A stretch of DNA of 64,000 bases, from NCBI GenBank assembly GCA_035717365.1, contig DASTIS010000230.1:11923-75922 (forward strand). The letters are read 5' to 3'. The position numbers and the translations under genes are program-made. The notes under the pieces were generated by a model, which searched no databases, had not been told where the DNA came from, and worked only from the letters and a program-made list of their open reading frames with translations. The first letter of the stretch is position 1; the number at the start of each line of letters is the position of its first letter. The stretch comes from Rhodanobacteraceae bacterium. GTDB taxonomy: Bacteria; Pseudomonadota; Gammaproteobacteria; Xanthomonadales; Rhodanobacteraceae. Of the stretch, positions 54,508 to 63,867 are shown piece by piece.

Positions 54508-56454
54508 ATGGGCGCAATCGACCTGAGCCAGTTCCACCAGACGTTCTTCGACGAAAGTCTGGAGGGTCTGGACGTGATGGAGGATGCGCTGTTGGCGCTG
54601 GAAAACGGCGCCAGCGATCCGGAACGGATCAATGCGATCTTCCGTGCGGCGCATTCCATCAAGGGGGGCGCGGCCACGTTCGGTTTCGGCGACGTGGCGG
54701 CCTTCACGCACGTGCTGGAGTCGCTGCTCGAGGAAGTCCGCGACGGACGCCGTGCGGCGGACGAAGAGACCATCGAGTTGTTGCTGCAGTCGGTGGACTG
54801 CATGCGCGGCATGTTGGCGCGGTCGCACAGCGGCGGCGCCGTGGCCGATGCCACCAGTGAGACATTGCGCGAACGTTTTTCGGCGCTGCTCGGCAAGCCG
54901 GCCGAGTCGGCAGCCGCGACGGCGGCGCACATGACCCCGACCGACGGATGGCGCATCGGCTTCCGCCCGCACCCGCACCTGCTGCGGACCGGCAACGACC
55001 CGCTGCGGATGTTCCGTGAGCTGGCCCGACACGGCAGTCTGGTCGTGAAACAGGTGCAGCCGCTGCAGCAACCGCGTCCGGCGTTTGCGGATCTCGACCC
55101 CACCGCCGCCATGCTCGGCTGGGAGGTCGAGTTGCACGGCGATATTCCGCGCAGTCATGTCGAGCAGGTCTTCGATTGGGTCGAGGGCGATTGCGACCTC
55201 GAAATCGAGTTGTTGCATGACCGCCGCGTGCCGGCGCCCGCGGCAACGGCAGTGCAGGACGCCGGCCCGCATGCCGATGCCGGCTCGATGCGGGTGTCCA
55301 TTGCCAAGGTCGACGCCCTGATCAACATGGTCGGCGAACTGGTGATCGCGCAGTCGATGCTGGGCGACATCGGCGAGAACTTCAGCATGGGACGCCTGCG
55401 GCAATTGCAGGGGGGGCTGGCACAGCTCCACCGCACCACGCGCGAATTGCAGGACAGCGTGATGCGCATCCGCATGCTGCCCATCGCGGCGGTGTTCAAC
55501 CGTTTCCCGCGCCTGGTGCGCGACCTCGAGCATCGTCTTGGCAAGCGCGTGCGCCTGGAACTGTACGGAGAGTCGACCGAGGTCGACAAGACCGTACTGG
55601 AGAAGATCGGCGACCCGTTGGTGCACCTGGTGCGCAACGCCATCGACCATGGTTTGGAGAAACCCGCGCAGCGTGTCGCCGCGGGCAAACCCGAGGCCGG
55701 CGTGCTGCGCCTGGAAGCGCGCCACGAAGGCGGCAACGTGGTGGTCGAGGTGGTGGACGACGGCGCCGGGCTGCAGCGTGGGCCGATCCTTGCCAAGGCG
55801 GTGGAGCGTGGCCTGGTACTTCCCGGCCAGGAACTCGGCGACGAAGAGGTGGCCGAGCTGATCTTCCAGGCCGGCTTTTCCACCAACAGCGAGGCTACCG
55901 ACCTGTCCGGACGCGGGGTCGGCATGGACGTGGTGCGTCGCAACGTCAGCGACCTCGGCGGCAGCGTCCGGGTGCGCAGCCGCGAAGGCAAGGGCTGCAC
56001 CTTCACCATCGTGCTGCCGCTGACGCTGGCCATCATCGAAGGCCTGGTTACCGAACTCGGCGACGAGCGCTACATCGTGCCGCTGGTTTCGATCGTCGAA
56101 TCGATGCAGTTGAAGGGAGGCAGCGTGCGCCACGTCGCGGGTGGCGGGGAGCTGTTCCATTTCCGCGACAACTGGCTGCCACTGGTGCGCCTGCACGACG
56201 TGTTCGGCTGCGCGAACGCGGTGACCGAAATCGAGCGGGGCATCGTGATCGTGGCCGAGGCCTGCGGCCGCCGTGTTGGGTTGCTGGTGGACGCACTGGT
56301 TGGCCAGCAACAGGCCGTGATCAAGTCGCTGGAGGCGCACTACCGGCGTGTCGAAGGGATCTCGGGCGCCACCATCGCCAGCGAAGGCAACGTTGCCTTG
56401 ATCGTCGACGTCGACGGTGTCGTGCGCGCCGCCGCGCGCCGCCGTGCGGCCTGA
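54508..56454 (+). CDS. cheA: Chemotaxis histidine kinase CheA (cluster II)
   Basis: 648 aa from the ATG at 54508. The Hpt motif is FRAAHSIKGGAATFGF. HATPase blocks are HLVRNAIDHGLE, DDGAGL and GRGVGMDVV. There is a C-terminal CheW-like domain. Confidence 0.95.
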   Translation: MGAIDLSQFHQTFFDESLEGLDVMEDALLALENGASDPERINAIFRAAHSIKGGAATFGFGDVAAFTHVLESLLEEVRDGRRAADEETIELLLQSVDCMRGMLARSHSGGAVADATSETLRERFSALLGKPAESAAATAAHMTPTDGWRIGFRPHPHLLRTGNDPLRMFRELARHGSLVVKQVQPLQQPRPAFADLDPTAAMLGWEVELHGDIPRSHVEQVFDWVEGDCDLEIELLHDRRVPAPAATAVQDAGPHADAGSMRVSIAKVDALINMVGELVIAQSMLGDIGENFSMGRLRQLQGGLAQLHRTTRELQDSVMRIRMLPIAAVFNRFPRLVRDLEHRLGKRVRLELYGESTEVDKTVLEKIGDPLVHLVRNAIDHGLEKPAQRVAAGKPEAGVLRLEARHEGGNVVVEVVDDGAGLQRGPILAKAVERGLVLPGQELGDEEVAELIFQAGFSTNSEATDLSGRGVGMDVVRRNVSDLGGSVRVRSREGKGCTFTIVLPLTLAIIEGLVTELGDERYIVPLVSIVESMQLKGGSVRHVAGGGELFHFRDNWLPLVRLHDVFGCANAVTEIERGIVIVAEACGRRVGLLVDALVGQQQAVIKSLEAHYRRVEGISGATIASEGNVALIVDVDGVVRAAARRRAA

Positions 56455-56465
56455 AGGCGTACCGC

Positions 56466-56492
56466 TCAAGAATCCGGCGCACACGCCGACAC
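56466..56492 (+). promoter_or_regulatory. Candidate internal sigma-28 motif in the cheA-cheW gap
   Basis: The plus strand reads TCAAGAAT-CCGGCGCACAC-GCCGACAC, within the unusually long 90-nt cheA-cheW spacer. Confidence 0.4.
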
Positions 56493-56544
56493 AGCAACAG
56501 AAGCCGAACAGCGACGCGCTAGCGCGCCACGAGGTAACCAAGCG

Positions 56545-57048
56545 ATGTCCCAGAGCGAACAGGAGGCCGGCAATCTGCTTCAGCAGCTGACCTTCATGCT
56601 GGCCGGCGAGGAGTACGGCATCGACATCCTGTCGGTGCGCGAAATCCGTGCCTGGTCACGCGTCACCCGCATCCCGCAGGCGCCCGAGTACCTGCTCGGC
56701 GTGCTCAACCTGCGCGGTGCCATCGTGCCGGTGCTGGACCTGCGCCTGCGTTTCGGCCTCGCCCGTGAGAGCTATGACGGCACCACCGTGACGGTTGTGG
56801 TGGCGGTCGGTGATCGCCTGTTTGGCGTGGTGGCCGATGCCGTGGCCGACGTACTCGATGCGCGCGAGGACGAGATCAAGCCGGTCCCGGATCTCGGCGC
56901 CGTGGTGGATACGCGGTTCCTGAAAGGGCTGGCGGGGGACGGCGAGCGGATGGTCATGTTGTTGGACCTGGAACGATTGCTGCGCCCGGAGGAAGCCGAG
57001 GCGTTGGATGCGGTACTGCCGGACGCCGCGGAAGTGGCGGCGGCCTGA
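56545..57048 (+). CDS. cheW: Coupling protein CheW (cluster II)
   Basis: 167 aa: [23 protein letters not shown]...[22 protein letters not shown]. Confidence 0.94.
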   Translation: MSQSEQEAGNLLQQLTFMLAGEEYGIDILSVREIRAWSRVTRIPQAPEYLLGVLNLRGAIVPVLDLRLRFGLARESYDGTTVTVVVAVGDRLFGVVADAVADVLDAREDEIKPVPDLGAVVDTRFLKGLAGDGERMVMLLDLERLLRPEEAEALDAVLPDAAEVAAA

Positions 57049-57065
57049 CGATTCGGAGAGTTCGA

Positions 57066-58847
57066 ATGAAGATGAGATTCCGGGCCCTGCCCAAACTGCG
57101 CATGCCGTACCTGAGCGTGAAGGTTCGCCTTTTCGGCATCATCGGCGTGTTGCTGCTGATGTTGCTGGGCACCGCCTGGCTCGGGCTGGACGGCATGTCG
57201 CGCAGCAATGCCAGCCTCGGTCGCGTCTACAACGGGGGGCTCCTGCCACTGTCGGTGTCCGACAAGGTGGCGCGCCGGTCGCTGCAGAATTTCATCGCGC
57301 TTGGTGAAGCGGCTTTCCAGATCGAAAACAAGGCGCTCGTCAAGCAGCAACTCGACGAGGTCTCCAAGTGGATGAAATCCAACGACGACCTGGTCAAGCA
57401 GCTTCAGGGTTACCCCGCCTCGCCGGCCATCAGCAAGCAAATGAAGGCATTCATCGGCGACCGCGCTGACGCGTCGTCGTCGATTGGCGACGTGCGCGCG
57501 GCGCTGGCGCAAGGCGACCCCGGAGCCCGTTCGCTGCTGTACACCGACCTGCTGCCGACCGTCACGATCATGCAGGACGACATGAACAAGCTGATCGAGA
57601 TGCAGGGTGCCGAAGGCAAGCAGTTGCGTGAAGACGCACTCCAGCGCTACGAACAGGTCCACAAGCTGATCCTGGCGGCGCTGATCATCGGCATCGTGCT
57701 GGCCCTGCTGGTGGCGGTACTGGCGATCCGCTCGATCGTGGTCACGCTGAACCGCGCGGTGGCGGTTGCGAACGAAATCGCCGAGGGTCGGCTGGGCCAC
57801 GAAATCATTACCAACGGCAAGGGCGAACTCGGTCAACTGCTGGCCGCGCTGCGCACGATGGATGAACGCCTGTGTGGCATCGTCGGCCAGGTAAGGCTTG
57901 GATCGGACGAGGTGAGTGTGGCTGCACAGCAGATCTCGCGCGGCAACGACGACCTCAGCCAGCGTACCCAGGAACAGGCTTCCAGCCTGGAGGAAACCGC
58001 ATCGTCGATGGAGGAGATGACCTCCACCGTCAAGCAGAATGCCGAAAACGCCAGCCACGCGAATCAACTGGCGCGGGGTGCCCGCGAGCAGGCCGAGCGT
58101 GGCGGCGAGGTCGCCGGCCACGCGGTCGACGCGATGAGCGAAATCGATTCATCCAGTCGCAAGATCGCCGACATCGTCGGCCTGATCGACGAGATCGCCT
58201 TCCAGACCAACCTGCTGTCCCTGAACGCGGCGGTCGAGGCGGCGCGCGCCGGCGAGCAGGGTCGTGGCTTCGCCGTGGTCGCTTCCGAGGTGCGCAACCT
58301 GGCGCAGCGTAGTGCGGCCGCCGCCAAGGAGATCAAGACCCTGATCGGCGAAAGCATGGACAAGGTGCGCACCGGCACCGAACTGGTCCAGAAAACCGGA
58401 AAGACGCTGGTCGAGATCGTCGACAGCGTGAAGAAGGTCACCGACATCGTCGGCGAGATCGCCGCCGCCAGCCAGGAGCAATCGGCAGGCATCGACCAGG
58501 TCAACCGCGCGGTGATGCAGATGGACGAAATGACCCAGCAGAACGCCGCGCTGGTCGAGGAATCTGCCGCGGCGTCGCGCTCCCTTGAGGAACAGGCCTC
58601 CGACCTTGCGCGCCAGATCGCATTCTTCGCGATCCAGCGCGGTGAGGCGGCGTCGACCGAAGTCGGTGCGGTCCTGTCGAGGGCGTCGCAGTCGACCGGG
58701 GCGCCCGACATGGTCGCAGCGACATCGCGATCGGTGGTCGCGGCCCAGCCAGCCCGCACGGTCGCCACGCAGGCAACGGCGCGTGCCAGGCCGGCGCGTG
58801 CCGAAACCCGCGGCAAGGTCGAAGACACGGTTTGGGAAGAGTTCTGA
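57066..58847 (+). CDS. Transmembrane methyl-accepting chemotaxis protein with a C-terminal xWxxF tether peptide
   Basis: 593 aa (GGAGA RBS). TM1 is [20 protein letters not shown]. It is followed by a four-helix-bundle-type periplasmic domain, TM2 ([21 protein letters not shown]) and a HAMP domain. The signalling domain reads [43 protein letters not shown]. The last residues are ...EDTVWEEF. Confidence 0.94.
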   Translation: MKMRFRALPKLRMPYLSVKVRLFGIIGVLLLMLLGTAWLGLDGMSRSNASLGRVYNGGLLPLSVSDKVARRSLQNFIALGEAAFQIENKALVKQQLDEVSKWMKSNDDLVKQLQGYPASPAISKQMKAFIGDRADASSSIGDVRAALAQGDPGARSLLYTDLLPTVTIMQDDMNKLIEMQGAEGKQLREDALQRYEQVHKLILAALIIGIVLALLVAVLAIRSIVVTLNRAVAVANEIAEGRLGHEIITNGKGELGQLLAALRTMDERLCGIVGQVRLGSDEVSVAAQQISRGNDDLSQRTQEQASSLEETASSMEEMTSTVKQNAENASHANQLARGAREQAERGGEVAGHAVDAMSEIDSSSRKIADIVGLIDEIAFQTNLLSLNAAVEAARAGEQGRGFAVVASEVRNLAQRSAAAAKEIKTLIGESMDKVRTGTELVQKTGKTLVEIVDSVKKVTDIVGEIAAASQEQSAGIDQVNRAVMQMDEMTQQNAALVEESAAASRSLEEQASDLARQIAFFAIQRGEAASTEVGAVLSRASQSTGAPDMVAATSRSVVAAQPARTVATQATARARPARAETRGKVEDTVWEEF

Positions 58848-58850
58848 ACC

Positions 58851-59708
58851 GTGGCCGCCGCCACCGCCGCGTTGGCAGGGGTGGGCCCGCAGAGGCTGGG
58901 CGACACCGAGTTCCAGTTTCTGCGTGACTTCGTCGCGCGACATTGCGGCATCAGCATGGGCGAGCATAAACGCCAGTTGTTGCAGGGCCGCCTGCAGCGC
59001 AGGCTGCGTGCACTGGGCTTCGGCAGCTTCGAGGAATATTGCCGGCTGCTGCGCGAGGATCCGGACAGTGAACTGGACGAGTTTGCCAGTGCGGTCAGCA
59101 CCAACGTTACCGCCTTTTTTCGTGAATCGCACCACTTCGACTTCTTGTCCGGACAACTGCGCGATTGGTTGGCGCGGCGTCCCGATGGGCGCATCCGCAT
59201 CTGGTCGGCCGGTTGTTCTTCCGGCGAAGAACCGTACTCGCTGGCGATGGTGCTGGCCGAGGCCCTGGAGGTGCATCGCGGGCCCGCGGACGCGCTGATC
59301 CTGGCTACGGACCTGTCTCCCGCGGCGCTGGAAACCGCGCGCGGCGGCGTATATCCGCTGCAGCGCATGGAAGGGGTCGGCGCAGAGCGTCGGCGACGCT
59401 GGCTCCAGCGCGGCAGCGGCGCGCACGCGGGCGAGTTCCGGGTGCGTCCGCGTTTGCGCGAGCTGGTGCGCGTGCGCCGGCTCAACCTGCTCGGGGACTG
59501 GCCGATGCAGGGACGCTTCGACGCGATCCTGTGCCGCAACGTGATGATCTATTTCGATACGCCTGCCAAGAAACGTTTGTTCGATCGGTTCGATGCTGCG
59601 CTCCTGCCGCACGGCAAGCTGTTGCTGGGCCACTCCGAATCCATGCACGGCCTGTCCGACCGCTTCTCGTTGATCGGGCGAACCATCTACGAGAAACGGT
59701 CTGTCTGA
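58851..59708 (+). CDS. cheR: Chemoreceptor methyltransferase CheR
   Basis: 285 aa with a GTG start 3 nt after the MCP stop: FQFLRDFVARHCGI...TNVTAFFRESHHFDFL...IWSAGCSSGEEPYSLAM...ILCRNVMIYFD. Confidence 0.94.
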   Translation: MAAATAALAGVGPQRLGDTEFQFLRDFVARHCGISMGEHKRQLLQGRLQRRLRALGFGSFEEYCRLLREDPDSELDEFASAVSTNVTAFFRESHHFDFLSGQLRDWLARRPDGRIRIWSAGCSSGEEPYSLAMVLAEALEVHRGPADALILATDLSPAALETARGGVYPLQRMEGVGAERRRRWLQRGSGAHAGEFRVRPRLRELVRVRRLNLLGDWPMQGRFDAILCRNVMIYFDTPAKKRLFDRFDAALLPHGKLLLGHSESMHGLSDRFSLIGRTIYEKRSV

Positions 59709-59712
59709 AACC

Positions 59713-60366
59713 ATGTCCATGTCGTTCGTCCCGGTTGTCGAGAGATACGACGCGCGCCGCGTGTTGCGCGGTTTCGAGCACCTGCGCCGCTTCCACGAGC
59801 CCGCCACCGGACGCATGTCCGTGAAGATCCTGCCCGGTCAGTACTACGCCTCGGTGCAGGACGAGGTCATCACCACGGTGTTGGGATCGTGCGTGTCGGC
59901 TTGCGTCCGCGACCCGGAAACCGGCGTCGGCGGAATGAACCACTTCATGTTGCCCGGGCCCACCGGCAACGGCGGGCGCTGGGGCGACACCGTGGCAGGG
60001 CGTACCGCGCGTTACGGCAGCGACGCCATGGAGCAGCTCATCAATGCGGTGCTCAAGGCCGGTGGCGTGCGCCAGCGGCTGCGGGTGAAGATTTTCGGTG
60101 GCGGTTGCGTGCTCGCGCGGATGACCGATGTCGGCAAGCTCAACATCGAGTTCGTGCACCGCTACCTCGAAGCCGAGGGCCTGCAGTTGGCGGCCGAGGA
60201 CGTTGGCGGCGTCCAGCCACGCCAGATCCGCTTCTACCCGCATACAGGCCGGACCCAGGTCCGACGCCTGGGCAACGCTGCCGACCCGGGTCTGGCCGAT
60301 CGCGAGCGGCTTTACCTCAAGCAACTGGCGAATGATCCGATAAAGGGTGAAGTGGAGCTCTTCTGA
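59713..60366 (+). CDS. cheD: Chemoreceptor glutamine deamidase CheD
   Basis: 217 aa: [29 protein letters not shown]...KIFGGG. Confidence 0.92.
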   Translation: MSMSFVPVVERYDARRVLRGFEHLRRFHEPATGRMSVKILPGQYYASVQDEVITTVLGSCVSACVRDPETGVGGMNHFMLPGPTGNGGRWGDTVAGRTARYGSDAMEQLINAVLKAGGVRQRLRVKIFGGGCVLARMTDVGKLNIEFVHRYLEAEGLQLAAEDVGGVQPRQIRFYPHTGRTQVRRLGNAADPGLADRERLYLKQLANDPIKGEVELF

Positions 60367-60373
60367 TATCGCC

Positions 60374-61483
60374 ATGGCCAGGATCCGCGTACTCATCGTC
60401 GACGACTCCGCACTGGTGCGGAAGATGCTGACGGCCATGCTGTCGGAGGATCCCGACATCGAGGTCGTCGGCACCGCGCCGGACCCGCTGACGGCGCGCG
60501 AACGCATCAAGCAGTTGCGGCCGGACGTGCTGACGCTGGACGTGGAAATGCCGCGCATGGACGGCCTGACCTTCCTCGACAACCTGATGCGCCTGCATCC
60601 GATGCCGGTGGTCATGGTTTCGTCGCTGACCGAACGTGGCGCCGAGGTGACCCTGCGCGCGCTGGAACTGGGCGCGGTCGACTTCGCCGCCAAGCCGGGG
60701 AGCGACCTGACCGGCACTTTCGGTAACAGCGCCGACCAGATTCGCGCCAAGGTGAAGGTAGCCGCACATGCGCGCCCGCGTGCCAGGGCGTCGCATGTGC
60801 AGCCGTTGCAGGTGTCGCCACGCTTCAATGCCGATGCCGTCCTCGCGCGCGCCACAGGCAGCGCCGGCAGCGGTGGGCGCATCATCGCCATCGGTGCGTC
60901 CACCGGCGGCACCGAGGCGATCCGCGTCGTATTGACCATGCTGCCGCCGGATGCCCCGCCGGTCGTCATCACGCAGCACATCCCGGCGCAATTCAGCGCG
61001 GCGTTTGCGCAGCGGATGGACAAGTGCTCGGCAATGCGTGTTTGCGAAGCGCGCGACGGCCAGCCGATCCAGGCCGGACACGTGTATATCGCACCCGGCG
61101 ATCGCCACCTGCTGGTAGTGCGCGACGGCAGCAGGCACGTGTGTCGGCTGCACGACGGCCCGCTGGTGAATCGCCACAAGCCCAGCGTGGACGTCTTGTT
61201 CCGCTCGGTGGTGGCGAGCATCGGTGCGGCCGGTGTCGGTGCGCTGCTGACCGGCATGGGTGACGATGGTGCGCGCGGGTTGAAGGAAATGAGCGAAGCA
61301 GGTTCGGCGACGCTGGTGCAGGACGAGGCAACTTCCGTGGTGTGGGGCATGCCCGGGGTCGCCTGGAATTTGGGTGCGGCCGATCGGGCGCTGCCGATCG
61401 AGGCGGTGGCTGGCCGGCTGCTGGAACTGGCGACACAGCCGTTCGCTGCGCCGCGGGCCGACAGGGCTGCGGCGGCGTCATGA
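60374..61483 (+). CDS. cheB: Chemoreceptor methylesterase CheB
   Basis: 369 aa from the ATG at 60374. REC reads [16 protein letters not shown]...[13 protein letters not shown]. The esterase domain reads [13 protein letters not shown]...[17 protein letters not shown]...GMGDDGA. Confidence 0.95.
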   Translation: MARIRVLIVDDSALVRKMLTAMLSEDPDIEVVGTAPDPLTARERIKQLRPDVLTLDVEMPRMDGLTFLDNLMRLHPMPVVMVSSLTERGAEVTLRALELGAVDFAAKPGSDLTGTFGNSADQIRAKVKVAAHARPRARASHVQPLQVSPRFNADAVLARATGSAGSGGRIIAIGASTGGTEAIRVVLTMLPPDAPPVVITQHIPAQFSAAFAQRMDKCSAMRVCEARDGQPIQAGHVYIAPGDRHLLVVRDGSRHVCRLHDGPLVNRHKPSVDVLFRSVVASIGAAGVGALLTGMGDDGARGLKEMSEAGSATLVQDEATSVVWGMPGVAWNLGAADRALPIEAVAGRLLELATQPFAAPRADRAAAAS

Positions 61484-62673
61484 GGATGATCATCATGCGG
61501 GTAATGGAGTTTCCGGAGCGCGCCGTCGGGCTCCTCGGCAGCATCCTGGCGCTGGTCGTTGTGCTGGTCTGGCCGAATGCGTGGGCGGGCACTTTGGCGG
61601 TGGTGCTGCTGACCGCGTTGTGGATCAGTTTGAACCAGCGCGTATTGCACCGGCCGGGTGCGCAAGCGGCGGCACTTGCCACCAGTGGCGTCGATCTGCA
61701 CGGCGCCATCCGTGACTTGCGTGGCGCGCTGGTGGACGAGCTGGGTCATGCGACGCGCGAGCTGAACCAGGCGCTGGACGTGCTGCGCGATGCCGTCGGC
61801 GAGTTGGGCAGCGGATTCGACGGTCTATCCCACAAGACCGGTTCGCAGCAGCAGTTGCTGCAGCAGATCGTTGACAGCAACAACTGCGAGGGCGGCAGCG
61901 TCCAGGGCTTCATCAGCAAGACCAGCGACTTGCTCGGGCACTTCGTGGGGCTGGTGGTGCACCTGTCGCGCGACAGCCTGCGCATCGTCTATCGCATCGA
62001 CGCGATGTCGCGCGAAATGGACGCGGTGTTCGGCCTGCTCAAGAACGTCAACACCATTGCCGAGGAAACCAACCTGCTGGCGCTGAACGCGGCCATCGAG
62101 GCGGCGCGCGCCGGCGAGTCCGGACGTGGCTTCGCGGTGGTGGCCGGCGAGATCCGCAAACTTGCGCGCCATTCCAACCAATTCAACGAACAGATCGGCA
62201 GCCACGTCGAGCGTTCGCGCCGCAGCATGGAGCAATTGCGTGAGCTGGTCGGCGCCATGGCTTCGCAGGATATGAACGTGGCGCTGGCTACCAAGGGCGA
62301 CATCGATGCGATGATGGCGCGGTTGGGTAACAGCGACAGCCGCATTGCGGCGGTCACCGAAGAGGTCGCCTCGATCGCCCACGGTCTCGGTGCCGACGTT
62401 GCGACCACAGTGCGTTCGCTGCAGTTTGAAGACATCCTCAGCCAGCTCATCCGCCAGACCAACACGCGCCTGGTCGAGCTGCAGGACATCGCCAACCAAT
62501 GCAGCGATGACATCGAATCGATGTTGTGCCTGTCCGCCAGCAGCGAACAAGTCCAGGAGCATGCCGAACGCATGCGTGGCCGCCTGCAGTTGCAACGCGA
62601 GCGCGCGCGCCTGCGCAGCAAGGGACCGGCATTGCAAACGTCGATGAGTGCCGGCGAGATTGACCTTTTCTGA
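61480..62673 (+). CDS. Methyl-accepting chemotaxis protein with a membrane hairpin and no periplasmic sensor domain
   Basis: 397 aa. The ATG at 61480 overlaps the cheB stop (ATGA). Two adjacent TM helices ([34 protein letters not shown]) have essentially no loop between them. The signalling tip reads [40 protein letters not shown]. Confidence 0.9.
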   Translation: MRMIIMRVMEFPERAVGLLGSILALVVVLVWPNAWAGTLAVVLLTALWISLNQRVLHRPGAQAAALATSGVDLHGAIRDLRGALVDELGHATRELNQALDVLRDAVGELGSGFDGLSHKTGSQQQLLQQIVDSNNCEGGSVQGFISKTSDLLGHFVGLVVHLSRDSLRIVYRIDAMSREMDAVFGLLKNVNTIAEETNLLALNAAIEAARAGESGRGFAVVAGEIRKLARHSNQFNEQIGSHVERSRRSMEQLRELVGAMASQDMNVALATKGDIDAMMARLGNSDSRIAAVTEEVASIAHGLGADVATTVRSLQFEDILSQLIRQTNTRLVELQDIANQCSDDIESMLCLSASSEQVQEHAERMRGRLQLQRERARLRSKGPALQTSMSAGEIDLF

Positions 62674-62682
62674 GGACCTGGC

Positions 62683-62976
62683 ATGAGCCTGAGCTTCGAA
62701 TGCGACAACGACCATGACTGCGTCACGCTGCACATAGCCGACCGCTTTGATTTTTCCGTGCACCGCAGCTTCCACCAGGCATGCCTGGCGCGACCGCGCG
62801 CGCGTAGCTACGTGGTCGACCTGGGAAGCGTCACCAGCATGGACAGCTCGGCGTTGGGCATGCTGCTGCTCCTGTGCGAACATGCGGGTGGCGATGACGC
62901 GGACATCCGGATCGTCAATGCCGATGCCGAGCTGACCAATACCTTCCGCGTGGCGGGCCTGGACCGATTCTGTTGA
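62683..62976 (+). CDS. STAS-domain anti-sigma-factor antagonist-type protein, with the phosphorylatable DSS motif retained
   Basis: 97 aa: ...VVDLGSVTSMDSSALGMLLLLCE...IVNADAELTNTFRVAGLDRF. The SpoIIAA-like DSSxLG motif is present. Confidence 0.85.
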   Translation: MSLSFECDNDHDCVTLHIADRFDFSVHRSFHQACLARPRARSYVVDLGSVTSMDSSALGMLLLLCEHAGGDDADIRIVNADAELTNTFRVAGLDRFC

Positions 62977-63046
62977 AAAATCGGCCGTTTGCGGAACGTG
63001 ACGCGGGGTCCGCCCCGGACCAGCGGTCGAACTCCATGCACGCGTC

Positions 63047-63622
63047 ATGGAGGCAATCCTCTCCAGCGAGGTGGGGATGGAGGTCGATGCCGCGGGGCGG
63101 CTCATCGTCGTGGATGGTTCTGCGACGAGCGGGGCCCGCGACGCGGATGGTGACGCGTTCCAAGAGACGATCGGACTTTCCCAGAACGACGCAAACCTGA
63201 TTGTGCGGGGGGAGTCGGATGCACTCGATCAAGCGATGAAGGCGATGCTTGGTGAGTGGAAATTGTTCCCTGAAGGTCCCGCGGTGAAGAATTGGGCGCC
63301 AGGCATCACACAGATGCGGACCGGGAAAAAGTGGCCTCCGCGCAAGCACCCATCCCCCCAAATGAGGCTCTCGCAATGTCAGCCGCGGAAGGTCATGGAG
63401 GCAGCGACGAGGGCGGCGCCGAGGCGGGCCGGACTTACGGCGATCAGCAGGGCGCGGGTGGGCCATGGCTGGGTACGCGCAAGACCTTGGCACGCGCTGC
63501 AGTGGTTTCCCCGGACAACGATTCGAGTGTTACAGCGGCGCGCCATTTCCGTTCCGTTAATGCCCGTGTGGTGCGGGCGCATTAGCATGGACGTCCATAC
63601 GGAGGAAGCGAAATGGATATGA
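63047..63622 (+). CDS. Doubtful ORF. Only the first 80-90 codons look protein-like, and the true extent is unknown.
   Basis: The region has lower GC. GAGG lies 5 nt before an internal ATG at 63077 (MEVDAAGRLIVVDGSATSG...DALDQAMKAMLGEWKLFPEG). The distal half is Arg/Trp-rich and overlaps a more plausible ORF in another frame. No family is recognised. Confidence 0.2.
   Translation: MEAILSSEVGMEVDAAGRLIVVDGSATSGARDADGDAFQETIGLSQNDANLIVRGESDALDQAMKAMLGEWKLFPEGPAVKNWAPGITQMRTGKKWPPRKHPSPQMRLSQCQPRKVMEAATRAAPRRAGLTAISRARVGHGWVRARPWHALQWFPRTTIRVLQRRAISVPLMPVWCGRISMDVHTEEAKWI
63376..63585 (+). CDS. Small Gly-rich hypothetical protein (uncertain)
   Basis: 69 aa from the ATG at 63376 (GAGG lies about 8 nt upstream): MSAAEGHGGSDEGGAEAGRTYGDQQGAGGPW.... 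It is low-complexity with moderate third-position GC. No family is recognised. Confidence 0.3.
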   Translation: MSAAEGHGGSDEGGAEAGRTYGDQQGAGGPWLGTRKTLARAAVVSPDNDSSVTAARHFRSVNARVVRAH

Positions 63623-63831
63623 CGCACGGGCTTCAAAACGGCAGCGATGCACTGGAGAATGCGTCCCATCAGGTTCGGCGTGGAGCGCGCACCGCGATGC
63701 ATGGCGTGCGGCGTGCCGGGAACGAGGTGAACTCGTTCGTGCATCGGCGTCCGGTCGAAACCGCGTTGCTTGGCGCCGGGGCAGCCTGCCTGATCGCCGG
63801 GCTGGCGTTCTGGCTCAGTCGCCGGGACTGA
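63613..63831 (+). CDS. Small tail-anchored membrane protein, DUF883/ElaB-like
   Basis: 72 aa with a strong RBS (GGAGGAAGCGAAATG). The hydrophilic helical N-part is followed by the C-terminal anchor RRPVETALLGAGAACLIAGLAFWLSRR, typical of ElaB/YqjD-type proteins. Confidence 0.6.
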   Translation: MDMTHGLQNGSDALENASHQVRRGARTAMHGVRRAGNEVNSFVHRRPVETALLGAGAACLIAGLAFWLSRRD

Positions 63832-63867
63832 ACTGCCACCCGACGACGGGAGCGATGACGCGTCGCC

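Noticed and set aside
62990-63020. The hairpin CGGGG-TCCG-CCCCG after the second STAS gene, considered as an intrinsic terminator.
   Set aside because: It has only a 5-bp stem and no downstream T-tract. That is too weak to call.
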